The notes beneath the pieces were generated by a model. It had not been told where the DNA came from, did no database searches, and saw only the letters and a program-made list of their open reading frames with translations. The translations under genes were made by a program, and so were the position numbers. Positions 56,362-64,000 of a stretch of DNA of 64,000 bases are shown one piece after another. How positions within the stretch are numbered: the stretch's first letter is position 1; every line of letters starts with the position of its first letter. Source of the stretch: Anaerolineales bacterium (lineage in GTDB: Bacteria > Chloroflexota > Anaerolineae > Anaerolineales > UBA11858); assembly GCA_016785015.1 (NCBI GenBank), contig JADHTJ010000004.1, positions 16,142 to 80,141 of the forward strand. The letters run 5' to 3'.

Positions 56362-57117
56362 TTAATCACCCTTGATTTTATAGAGCAATCGAGGGACTTT
56401 TCTCATTTCTCTGGCAGTGAACTTATAGATATCATTGGCCTTCATCAGCTTGACGTCAGCTTCACCGATCTTCCGACCTTTGATGATACCTTTTTCCTCG
56501 GCTAAATTGCCCATAGGGTCAACCATGGTTTCTACACCTTGTTCGACATCGCGTACTAACATCTGAAAAGAGTCTTCATAGGTATTCCCATTCTCATCGG
56601 TGACCATACCCGTAAAGGTTTTCAGGTAGCGGTAATCGACACCTTCAAGTTCTTCTACATGGTGGAAAAATGTCATACTATCGTTGTAACTCAAACCGAT
56701 GACCATGATCTTGCCATCCAATTCACACAATTTACCAAAAACCGAATTGCGTTCATAGCTGCTCTTATAGCGATCTTTGGTCAGGAATTCTGCCTGCTTA
56801 CCAATAATTGAGAAAGAGTAAATGGGGTGAAAAACTCGTTGGCTGCGAGGATCTTTGCGCACAAGTTCGGTGATGATCCCCATATGGGAGGGCGATTCAC
56901 TCACATCCCAGGGCTCACCTTTACAAAAATCAAAGTTGAAGGCTGGCATGATCAATGTACCCTCATCCCCAAGAACTTTTAATAAGGCATCGATGATTGT
57001 TTGTGGCCCGCCATCGACACCGCCAAAGGACTTGTATGAACTGTGAACCAACAAGGTATCACCAGATTCAACGCCAATTGCTTGAAATCCACTTACGAGA
57101 TCTTCGAATGAAAGCAT
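56362..57117 (-). CDS. AAC(3)-family N-acetyltransferase-like protein
   Basis: 251 aa. The N-terminus GVESGDTLLVHSSYKSFGGVDGGPQTIIDALLKVLGDEGTLIMPAFNF is the hallmark start of aminoglycoside 3-N-acetyltransferase-fold proteins. Confidence 0.7.
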   Translation of the reverse strand: MLSFEDLVSGFQAIGVESGDTLLVHSSYKSFGGVDGGPQTIIDALLKVLGDEGTLIMPAFNFDFCKGEPWDVSESPSHMGIITELVRKDPRSQRVFHPIYSFSIIGKQAEFLTKDRYKSSYERNSVFGKLCELDGKIMVIGLSYNDSMTFFHHVEELEGVDYRYLKTFTGMVTDENGNTYEDSFQMLVRDVEQGVETMVDPMGNLAEEKGIIKGRKIGEADVKLMKANDIYKFTAREMRKVPRLLYKIKGD

Positions 57118-57135
57118 AGAACATCTCCCGTAGTA

Positions 57136-57366
57136 CTAGTTCTGCTTGCTACCAGTATAAATAAACCCCTTCTTGATCATTTTGATGTGGGCGCCTTTAT
57201 CAATGCCGATTTCCTTACCACATGAGCATAAAATTTTGTCGCCTTGACGTTGATATTCATATTCTCGATCGATGCGACTCTTATAACACCGCAGCACTTC
57301 ACCCTTGCCAATCTTCTGGTATTTCCAAAGTTTGCGTTTACAGGCTGCGCACTTGATGGTTAGCAT
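57136..57366 (-). CDS. small Cys-rich (zinc-ribbon-like) protein, function unknown
   Basis: 76 aa with CAACKRKLWKY...RC...CSCGKEIG. It fills the gap between two co-oriented genes. No obvious Shine-Dalgarno, so coding status is not certain. Confidence 0.45.
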   Translation of the reverse strand: MLTIKCAACKRKLWKYQKIGKGEVLRCYKSRIDREYEYQRQGDKILCSCGKEIGIDKGAHIKMIKKGFIYTGSKQN

Positions 57367-57421
57367 GATTCAAATTTGGAGAGTAGAGATTGGAAATCGG
57401 CAATGGTTACAACACTCAATA

Positions 57422-58267
57422 TCATTTGGAAGCTAAGACACCAAAAGCATCCGGCTGAGGCACAACCCGTGAGAAGCCAGCTTTTTTCAAGCGCTGGACA
57501 ACACCGCGTGTCACGCGACTGCCAGATTTACTCTCGGGATTGCCGATATAGTGAAACATCCTTCCACGAGATTTCAACACTCTGTAAGCCTGCTCATAGA
57601 AAGCTAGCGAATACAACTCACCAGCCAGGCTGAACATCGGTGGATCGTGAATGATCCCGTTGAAGAATCCATCTGCAAAGGTCTCGATTTCATCGTTGCT
57701 ATCGCCGATGATCTGCGTGATCTTGGGGTTGTCAAACAGTGCTCGAGACCAGGGGTTGCACCGAGCAATTATCTGGGCCGCAGGATCGAGTTCGACAGTA
57801 GTTACTCGGGCTTCCCGCTCAGCGGCCAAAATGGCCGTATAGCCTAACCCGGTGGTTGTGTCCAAGATGTGCCCCGAAATCCGCCCTAGGGTTTTGATTT
57901 TACTTTGGGAATCCCGCCAGGGGTCAATTCCTTTGATGCGGTGCATGGGGATGCCTGACACCAACATCGTTGGGGCTGACGCAGTGGGGAATAATGTATA
58001 GACTCTTTCGAACGTTTCAGAGAATGCCCGAACAATCGTGGCGCTCCCGTTATCGATAATGAAGCAATTATTCTCGTTTTCGGCAATCTCGGCGACGACA
58101 TCCCAAGAAAGTTTTTCATCCGCAGAAAAGGTCACATCTCCATCTGTTAGCTCTACTGCGATCTTCGACAAGCCTAAATCGGGGGAAATCTGAACTGTAG
58201 ATTCACTGCCCTTTGCCTCAGTCAGTTGGATTGCTTGATAGTGAGAAAGAACGATTTGCGATGGCAT
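57422..58267 (-). CDS. SAM-dependent methyltransferase (DPPxF-motif class)
   Basis: I set the start at ATG 58267, which overlaps the upstream TGA by 1 nt (TGATG). Motif I is [16 protein letters not shown], followed by [16 protein letters not shown] (a DPP[YF]-type motif IV). Confidence 0.65.
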   Translation of the reverse strand: MPSQIVLSHYQAIQLTEAKGSESTVQISPDLGLSKIAVELTDGDVTFSADEKLSWDVVAEIAENENNCFIIDNGSATIVRAFSETFERVYTLFPTASAPTMLVSGIPMHRIKGIDPWRDSQSKIKTLGRISGHILDTTTGLGYTAILAAEREARVTTVELDPAAQIIARCNPWSRALFDNPKITQIIGDSNDEIETFADGFFNGIIHDPPMFSLAGELYSLAFYEQAYRVLKSRGRMFHYIGNPESKSGSRVTRGVVQRLKKAGFSRVVPQPDAFGVLASK

Positions 58268-59376
58268 CAACTCAGAGCTATCTGATAGGCCTCGAATAAT
58301 TGGGGGAAATTCTTTTCCCAATTTGCGCGTGATTCAGCTAATCGACGGGCTGTCTGCCCCATGGCAGGTAACTGTTCCCGAAGATCTACAGCCCGAAGGA
58401 TTCCTTCGACGAGGGAATCCACATCCCCATCGCGAAACAACCAACCGACGTCACCCTGAGATGTAATCCATTCCTGGTTCCCAGGGATATCAGTCAACAG
58501 GACAGGCGTGCCGCACCCTAAGGATTCCAACAACGAGATTGAAGTGCCATCACTATGAGATGTGCTGATATATAAATCTGCCGCGCGATAAAAATTTGGC
58601 AAATCGTTCTGGTTGACTTGCCCCGGGAAGTGCACCCGATCGAGCACATCCGCCTGCATGAAAATCTGCCGAATTTTGGGCGCTAGTGGGCCATTCCCCA
58701 ACATCAACAGACGCAGTTCTGGTCGCTGACGGGCTGCTCTGACAAAAGCACGCGCCAGATCATCGACACCGTAAATTGGCGCCCATCCCCGGGTAGACAA
58801 CAACACAAATGTATCATTGCCCCAACCAAGACGTTCACGCAAGCCACCGTCATCTCCTGGAGAATACTTATCGATATTCGCCCCCCAAGGGAAGGTCACG
58901 ATACGATCCCCCGCCATGCCATACTTCACGGCGAGGTTTCGGATGGTATCGCAATCCCCAACCAGGGCATCAGTTCTTCGAAGGGTGTATCGTGTCGCCC
59001 ATTCCCACCAACGGTCTCGATTCACATCCATCAGCAGGTCGTACCCCCAAGACATACTTACCAAAGGATGAAAACCCGATAACGCTGCCAAGAATGCCGA
59101 ACGCTGCAAAGGGCCAGCCTGAACTAAATCCGGATTGAATTCTCGGATAACTTTCTGTAATCCAAGTAGTAAACTCAAGCCATTTCGCAACTTTGCAGGT
59201 GACTTCCCCCCTGCCCATGGGATTAGTTCGATATCAGGTGGTAAGGGTCTGTCTTCAAGGTCATGGCCGCGCTTTTCCAAACGCAGAAATCCCACCTGAT
59301 GTTCGGTCGTAGCTAATGCGGAAAGGTAACGATGATCGTGGGTTGTGTAATCACGCGAGAAGTAGAGTATTCTCAT
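58267..59376 (-). CDS. glycosyltransferase, GT-B fold (GT4-like)
   Basis: 369 aa with [18 protein letters not shown] and the C-domain [32 protein letters not shown] (ExxxxxxE). Confidence 0.8.
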   Translation of the reverse strand: MRILYFSRDYTTHDHRYLSALATTEHQVGFLRLEKRGHDLEDRPLPPDIELIPWAGGKSPAKLRNGLSLLLGLQKVIREFNPDLVQAGPLQRSAFLAALSGFHPLVSMSWGYDLLMDVNRDRWWEWATRYTLRRTDALVGDCDTIRNLAVKYGMAGDRIVTFPWGANIDKYSPGDDGGLRERLGWGNDTFVLLSTRGWAPIYGVDDLARAFVRAARQRPELRLLMLGNGPLAPKIRQIFMQADVLDRVHFPGQVNQNDLPNFYRAADLYISTSHSDGTSISLLESLGCGTPVLLTDIPGNQEWITSQGDVGWLFRDGDVDSLVEGILRAVDLREQLPAMGQTARRLAESRANWEKNFPQLFEAYQIALS

Positions 59377-59391
59377 TTCAATCGTTGGCGG

Positions 59392-59440
59392 GTTGAACGT
59401 TCAACGTTTAAACGTTCAGACGTGTAAACGCTAAACGCCG
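59392..59440. repeat. heptanucleotide array with overlapping perfect palindromes (GTTGAAC GTTCAAC GTTTAAA CGTTCAG ACGTGTA AACGCTA AACGCCG)
   Basis: gttgaacgttcaac and aacgtttaaacgtt are both perfect 14-nt palindromes. The array runs into the stop codon of the NeuB-family gene (59431-59433). Confidence 0.75.
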
Positions 59441-60513
59441 ACATTCTCCCAACGCAGATCCATGCCATACGGCATATCGACCAGCGCTTTCTTACCAACC
59501 AGGTCATCCAACTCCCAGGGCATAATGGCTCCAGAAGCCGCGGGACGCAGGGGTTCTACCATTTCGGCGGTGAGAGTTTCTCCAGCCTTGATATCCCGGG
59601 CAGCGCGCAGGCAGCGGCGTTGGAGCACGTATGTTTCCTTTTCACTTCCGGTAACAAATTTATCGTACGAACCCAGTGATCGTTCCAAAGTGCGAACTTG
59701 ATGAACCATCTCAGCCCAATTTTCGGGGTTCATGGCAAATTTGTGATCAGGGCCTTCGCGATCGTTACTGTCGGTGAAATGCCGCTCAATGACGCGGGCG
59801 CCTAAAGCCACTGCCCCAACAACCGGCGCCGGGCTATGCGTGTGGTCAGAGAGCCCGAGCACTACATCACGGAACATGGCGGCGTAGGTTTTGAGCACAT
59901 TAATATTTAAATTATCATAATTCGAATCTGCTGCGGTGTAATTTGTGTTGCACTGCAAGAGCACAATTTGGTCATTGACAGCCTGCACAGCTCGCATGGC
60001 TCGGACGACATCTCCAATGTCGGCAGCGCCAGTCGCCATCAAGAAGGGTTTGCCCATGCTGGCCATACGCACAAGCACCTCTGGCCAGGACATCAATCCA
60101 GAACCTGCCTTGAAGGCTGGCACATAAGGATCGAGCATCTCGATGGCTTCATAATCATATGGAGAAGAGTAGTAGTGGATGCCAACTTTGTCGCACTCTT
60201 CTTTGAGAATCGGAGTCCACTCGAAAGGCACTGAGGCAGCGTCATAAACTTCGAAGACAGTTTTACTCCATTCTGCCTGATGTGATTGCTGCCCGCCGAG
60301 AGCTTTGAAACCATAATCTGAAACAATTTTTGGGGCGCGGAAATTCTGGAATTTAGCGGCCTCAGCCCCAGCATCTTTTGCCAGTTTGATAAGCGTTTTA
60401 GCACGCTCCAAATCACCATCGTGGTTTGCTGCAATATCAGCAATAAAATATGTTGGGTGGTTGAGGCCAACCTTGCGATTATCAATAGTAATTTCAGGAG
60501 ATGGTGTTTTCAT
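59431..60513 (-). CDS. NeuB-family ulosonic-acid synthase (NeuB/PseI/LegI-like) with SAF domain
   Basis: Start at ATG 60513 (MKTPSPEITIDNRKVG...); the alternative is ATG 60537. Motifs: TYFIADIAANHDGDLERAKTLIKLAKDAGAEAAKFQNF, LLQCNTNYTA, LSDHT. The SAF-like C-terminus is RAARDIKAGETLTAEMVEPLRP. Confidence 0.8.
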   Translation of the reverse strand: MKTPSPEITIDNRKVGLNHPTYFIADIAANHDGDLERAKTLIKLAKDAGAEAAKFQNFRAPKIVSDYGFKALGGQQSHQAEWSKTVFEVYDAASVPFEWTPILKEECDKVGIHYYSSPYDYEAIEMLDPYVPAFKAGSGLMSWPEVLVRMASMGKPFLMATGAADIGDVVRAMRAVQAVNDQIVLLQCNTNYTAADSNYDNLNINVLKTYAAMFRDVVLGLSDHTHSPAPVVGAVALGARVIERHFTDSNDREGPDHKFAMNPENWAEMVHQVRTLERSLGSYDKFVTGSEKETYVLQRRCLRAARDIKAGETLTAEMVEPLRPAASGAIMPWELDDLVGKKALVDMPYGMDLRWENVGV

Positions 60514-60566
60514 AGTTGCACCTCTGTCTTTGAGCATAGCTACGGATGCAGAATTATTCTTTGGTC

Positions 60567-61487
60567 TTAGCTATCAATACACAAAGATTGAACAGTTTGT
60601 GGATAACCTTGTTGATAAAGTGTATAAAACCGGTCTATTGCTGGGGATATACCTGGAGGAACTATGCCCAAATCGTGGATAAGTTTATCAACTTTCAGAG
60701 TAAGCTGTGGAGAGCGAACTGCTTTCAGTCCAGATTGGGTCACTGACATTGGGGTAATGAGATCGACATCAAAGCCAAATCTGTTTGCAATCGCAACAGC
60801 AAAATCGTACTTATTAATGCTTTCACTGCCAACCACATGATAAAGCCCGCTGAGGCCCTTCTCAAGCATCTGGAAAAATATGCCGGCAAGGTCGTTTACC
60901 AAAATGGGGCAGAAATATACATCCGTAAAGCCCCTCATCTGATTGCCTGCATCAAAATTATTGAAGAAAAATTCAGCCAAGCTCCGTTTACCAGTGGGAC
61001 TCCACCCAAAAATATTGATGCGTGCTACGATTGCCTGAGGTGCTTCTTCCAAGACAGCATATTCACCATCTAGCTTTGTTTTTGCATAAACATTTACAGG
61101 ATTTGGTAGGTCATTCTCCGAATATTCACCCTTATGGCCATCAAAGACTGCGTCTGTAGAAACGTGGAGCAGGCGCGCTCCGCCCCTGGCGACAAGCTGT
61201 GCCAGTTTTCGCGGCATTTCTGTATTCAACTCCCGGGCATTTTCTGGATCGTGCTCGCACGCATCTACATTTGCCTGAGCAGCGCAATGGATCACCCAAT
61301 CAGGCTGAGTTTCATCAAGGATACGTTCCATCACGCCCGGGTCTAGCAAATCGGCCACAACTGGTGTGAAGGCCTCTGTTTTCTGTGGGCAACTCCGAGC
61401 AACCCCGAAAACAGTGTGGGCACTGGCAGCTTCCAAAGCTAAATTACTACCTAACAAGCCACCCGTACCAGTAATAAGTATTCGCAT
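60567..61487 (-). CDS. RmlD-like (dTDP-4-dehydrorhamnose reductase family) NAD(P)-dependent sugar reductase
   Basis: Start at ATG 61487 (MRILITGTGGLLGSNLALEA). Also HCAAQANVDACE and YAKTKLDGE (YxxxK). Length is ~306 aa. Confidence 0.7.
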   Translation of the reverse strand: MRILITGTGGLLGSNLALEAASAHTVFGVARSCPQKTEAFTPVVADLLDPGVMERILDETQPDWVIHCAAQANVDACEHDPENARELNTEMPRKLAQLVARGGARLLHVSTDAVFDGHKGEYSENDLPNPVNVYAKTKLDGEYAVLEEAPQAIVARINIFGWSPTGKRSLAEFFFNNFDAGNQMRGFTDVYFCPILVNDLAGIFFQMLEKGLSGLYHVVGSESINKYDFAVAIANRFGFDVDLITPMSVTQSGLKAVRSPQLTLKVDKLIHDLGIVPPGISPAIDRFYTLYQQGYPQTVQSLCIDS

Positions 61488-61550
61488 TATCTTTACCCTG
61501 TATTCTCTGCTTACGCTAAGCACAGATAAACAAAGAATACAAGGCAAACA

Positions 61551-62576
61551 TCATAAGGTTAGTTTTCCTTGTGCGAATGTAATTTCAAAAGGTTCCACAA
61601 TCTCGCGAATTTGGTCAACATCAAGCCACTCCGGATTCTCTGCACTGGAGTAGCGGAATCCATCGGAAACAGGTTTCCCCTTCTCTTTCCACCTCCCACC
61701 AAACCAAAAGGCTTCTGCGGGCTGAACAACAAACATATCATCCAGTTCAATGGTAGTGCGTGACTCATCCCGAGAAATCAACATCTCATGTAATTTCTCG
61801 CCAGGACGAATACCAATAATTTCCAAATCTGCATCTGGAGCCATTGCTTTGGCAAGATCAACCACTTTCATACTGGGGATCTTGGGAACAAAGACCTCCC
61901 CACCCTGCATATTTTCAATATTTTTAATCACAAATCGGACACCCTGCTCAAGAGACAGCCAGAAGCGTGTCATACGCTCATCCGTTATCGTCAGCTTGCC
62001 ATTAGTAGCCTTTTGGCGAAGGAACACTGGCACAACGCTTCCACGACTACCAACAACATTGCCATATCGCACGCAGCTCAAACGAGTTTCATACTTACCC
62101 GCATATGCGTTGCTCTGTACGACCAGCTTTTCCGCAGCGAGCTTTGTGGCTCCGTAGAGGTTTACGGGATTCACGGCTTTATCAGTGCTCAAAGCCAAAA
62201 CTTTTTTGACCCCAGTATCCAGGGCGGCATCGACTACGTTGCTGCTTCCAAGGATATTCGTTTTTACTGCTTCCATGGGATTATATTCACACGCTGGAAC
62301 CTGCTTGAGAGCGGCTGCATGAACAACAATATCCACTGACTGCATCGCCCGTTTGAGGCGCTCTAAGTCGCGCACATCGCCAATAAAATAACGCAAATTG
62401 GGGTGATCGAATCCAGCCACGCGCATTTCATGCTGTTTCAATTCATCTCGACTAAACACAATTACTTTTGCCGGCTGGAACTCATCCAGCATGATTTTCG
62501 CAAATGCTTTTCCAAAGGAACCGGTTCCTCCGGTAACCAAAATTACTTTATCTTTCCAGTTCATATCTAACTCCAT
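61551..62576 (-). CDS. UDP-GlcNAc 4,6-dehydratase family protein (PseB/FlaA1/CapE/WbvB-like, Polysacc_synt_2)
   Basis: 341 aa. KVILVTGGTGSFGKAF...VFSRDELKQHEMR...RYFIGDVRDLERL...VVHAAALKQVPACEYNPMEAVKTNILGS...YGATKLAAE...RYGNVVGSRGSVVP...MTRFW is closely colinear with Helicobacter FlaA1/PseB as I remember it. Confidence 0.8.
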   Translation of the reverse strand: MELDMNWKDKVILVTGGTGSFGKAFAKIMLDEFQPAKVIVFSRDELKQHEMRVAGFDHPNLRYFIGDVRDLERLKRAMQSVDIVVHAAALKQVPACEYNPMEAVKTNILGSSNVVDAALDTGVKKVLALSTDKAVNPVNLYGATKLAAEKLVVQSNAYAGKYETRLSCVRYGNVVGSRGSVVPVFLRQKATNGKLTITDERMTRFWLSLEQGVRFVIKNIENMQGGEVFVPKIPSMKVVDLAKAMAPDADLEIIGIRPGEKLHEMLISRDESRTTIELDDMFVVQPAEAFWFGGRWKEKGKPVSDGFRYSSAENPEWLDVDQIREIVEPFEITFAQGKLTL

Positions 62577-62599
62577 AATGGTGTATAAAAATCAAATTT

Positions 62600-63466
62600 C
62601 TAGGATTTTCGGATGACAAACATTGGGTATTGACCCTTCTCACCAAAGAAATGCGGGAACAAATCTTCTAACCAAAACAATAATCGTAGTAAAAGACGTC
62701 CACCAAATCCCTGATGGATGAAGGTCCGTAAATGCTTGACGCTAACTCCTCGCCAGACATATATCTCAAAATGCATCAAAGGAGTTAGTTGGCTTTTCAA
62801 CCAAGTAGCGCCATACTTACGCACAAAAGTGCTTTTGGGTTTGTTTTCCTCGGCATCTGTCTTGGGTTTGGCTGGATGCACCGGTGGTGCAATGCCGAAT
62901 ACACGTCGCAAGATGCCAATGCCGCGATTTGTCCACCGCATAGGGGCAGCCAATAATTGAGGGATTAGGGCCTCGCCCCAACCATTGACTACAACTACCT
63001 GACATTCTTTGGCTAACACCCGGTACAATTCCTGATAAGCTGAGATATGTTCATCTGAAGGCAAATGATGGATAGTGTGCAATGAGACAATCCCTTCAAA
63101 AACACCCGGCTTGAAGGGGAGATTTGCCACATCTGCCACGACACATAGACCATGCTCGCCAGTGCGTTTGCAAGCGTCTTTCAAGGCGACGTGGGAGATA
63201 TCCGCACATACACGAAATTTATACCCTTTTGAGTATTCCAGATATTCAGGATATTGGATTGGACCGCTGCCCGCATCCAATAGATATTTCCCTTCTGCCT
63301 TCAAATGGCGGAGCACGCGCATATGACAGCGATGGATATATTCATGCGATACTGGCCTTAAATCTTCATAACGTGCATTCTGATAAATCCCCTCGCTGAC
63401 CTCTTGCCAGCCAACCTTATCATAGAATTCGCGCACATTCTGTTTAATTTCTGTTTCAGTCGTCAT
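62600..63466 (-). CDS. class I SAM-dependent methyltransferase
   Basis: 288 aa with motif I YLLDAGSGPIQY, then CADISHVAL and VSLHTIHHLP. Confidence 0.7.
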   Translation of the reverse strand: MTTETEIKQNVREFYDKVGWQEVSEGIYQNARYEDLRPVSHEYIHRCHMRVLRHLKAEGKYLLDAGSGPIQYPEYLEYSKGYKFRVCADISHVALKDACKRTGEHGLCVVADVANLPFKPGVFEGIVSLHTIHHLPSDEHISAYQELYRVLAKECQVVVVNGWGEALIPQLLAAPMRWTNRGIGILRRVFGIAPPVHPAKPKTDAEENKPKSTFVRKYGATWLKSQLTPLMHFEIYVWRGVSVKHLRTFIHQGFGGRLLLRLLFWLEDLFPHFFGEKGQYPMFVIRKS

Positions 63467-63480
63467 ACTAAATCAAACTT

Positions 63481-64000
63481 TTACTCCACCCCATAGATAT
63501 CTATGGGATCTATGTTTTTCAACGCATCTCGATAAAAACTGAGATACCCTCGTAATATCAACAAACTTGTCAATAAGGACCAATGAGTTTCAGCCGGATA
63601 GCCCAGATCGCTCATGGGTTTCTTAGCAATCTGCTCGATGATCTGGACATCTCTCGCTGGTATTTCAGTTTTCCATCGGCCAATTGGCTTTGAGCTAATC
63701 TCAGAAAACTTCTCTGAGAAAGTTGAATTCGCCTTCCATGGCTCTCCCATCAATGAGGGAACTCTGAGAATTTGATGATCTGTAATGCCTAAGAATTCAG
63801 CCAATTGATGCATGGTTCCTTCCAGATCATTTACCAATTGTTCATAATTGATCAGCAGATAGCGATCTTTTCCAAAGACTTTTTGGTTTTCTAAACCCTT
63901 CTCAACACTGCGTGCCCAACGTAGGGAAAACTTTCTCGCAAGAACATTCCGTCTTCTTGGCTGATAGGATGCAAAAACGTCGCGAGGATCTCGCACCAGA
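63481..64000 (-). CDS. sulfotransferase, C-terminal part; gene runs off the right edge
   Basis: The frame is open to position 64000. The first visible residues include RDPRDVFAS (3'-PB motif), then YEQLVNDLEGTMHQLAEFLG, typical of the sulfotransferase C-terminal half. The 5'-PSB motif would lie outside the window. Confidence 0.65.
   Translation of the reverse strand, partial: LVRDPRDVFASYQPRRRNVLARKFSLRWARSVEKGLENQKVFGKDRYLLINYEQLVNDLEGTMHQLAEFLGITDHQILRVPSLMGEPWKANSTFSEKFSEISSKPIGRWKTEIPARDVQIIEQIAKKPMSDLGYPAETHWSLLTSLLILRGYLSFYRDALKNIDPIDIYGVE

Overview
This 64-kb window is almost entirely coding, and nearly all genes are on the minus strand. The left 1.7 kb holds housekeeping genes: panB (5' part only) and adenosine deaminase. 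Positions 1.7-7.6 kb hold envelope-type genes: an LCP ligase, a TPR/Thr-Pro-rich anchored protein, a small membrane protein, a YtxH protein and an anchored HExxH metallopeptidase.

From about 7.6 kb to the right edge, and evidently continuing beyond it, lies one very large glycan-assembly cluster. It spans at least 56 kb and 47 genes, 46 of them on the minus strand, and many are separated by fewer than 15 nt or overlap. It contains:
- Export and chain-length genes: an ABC-2 exporter pair (Wzm/Wzt- or TagG/TagH-like), a Wzz-like protein and an O-antigen-ligase/polymerase-like protein.
- Membrane proteins: five large polytopic proteins that look like GT-C (ArnT/PMT-type) glycosyltransferases, plus one AT-rich orphan membrane protein.
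- Cytoplasmic glycosyltransferases: about 15 GT-A/GT-B domains.
- Sulfation: four sulfotransferase domains and a fused ATP-sulfurylase/APS-kinase that makes PAPS.
- Methylation: five SAM-methyltransferase domains.
- Ulosonic-acid genes: two NeuB-family synthases (one fused to a TIM-barrel isomerase-like domain), three CMP-sugar-type cytidylyltransferases, a DUF115/sialyltransferase-like protein, and a PseB/CapE-like dehydratase with an RmlD-like reductase.

The most unusual single gene encodes an 1189-aa methyltransferase / 15-residue-repeat helical spacer / amphipathic helix / GT4 / GT-B fusion. It resembles a one-polypeptide polymerase-ruler-terminator.

All five intergenic gaps longer than 150 nt inside the cluster are filled by long nested palindromic repeat elements. 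There are three families, each present twice. Several gaps also carry heptanucleotide tandem arrays.

I found no rRNA, tRNA, CRISPR array, transposase or integrase. The source organism cannot be determined from the sequence alone. The LCP ligase, GerMN lipoprotein and Thr/Pro-rich linkers suggest a monoderm-type filamentous lineage such as Chloroflexota, but that is only an impression. All functional calls rest on motif recognition by eye in the supplied translations, not on database searches.
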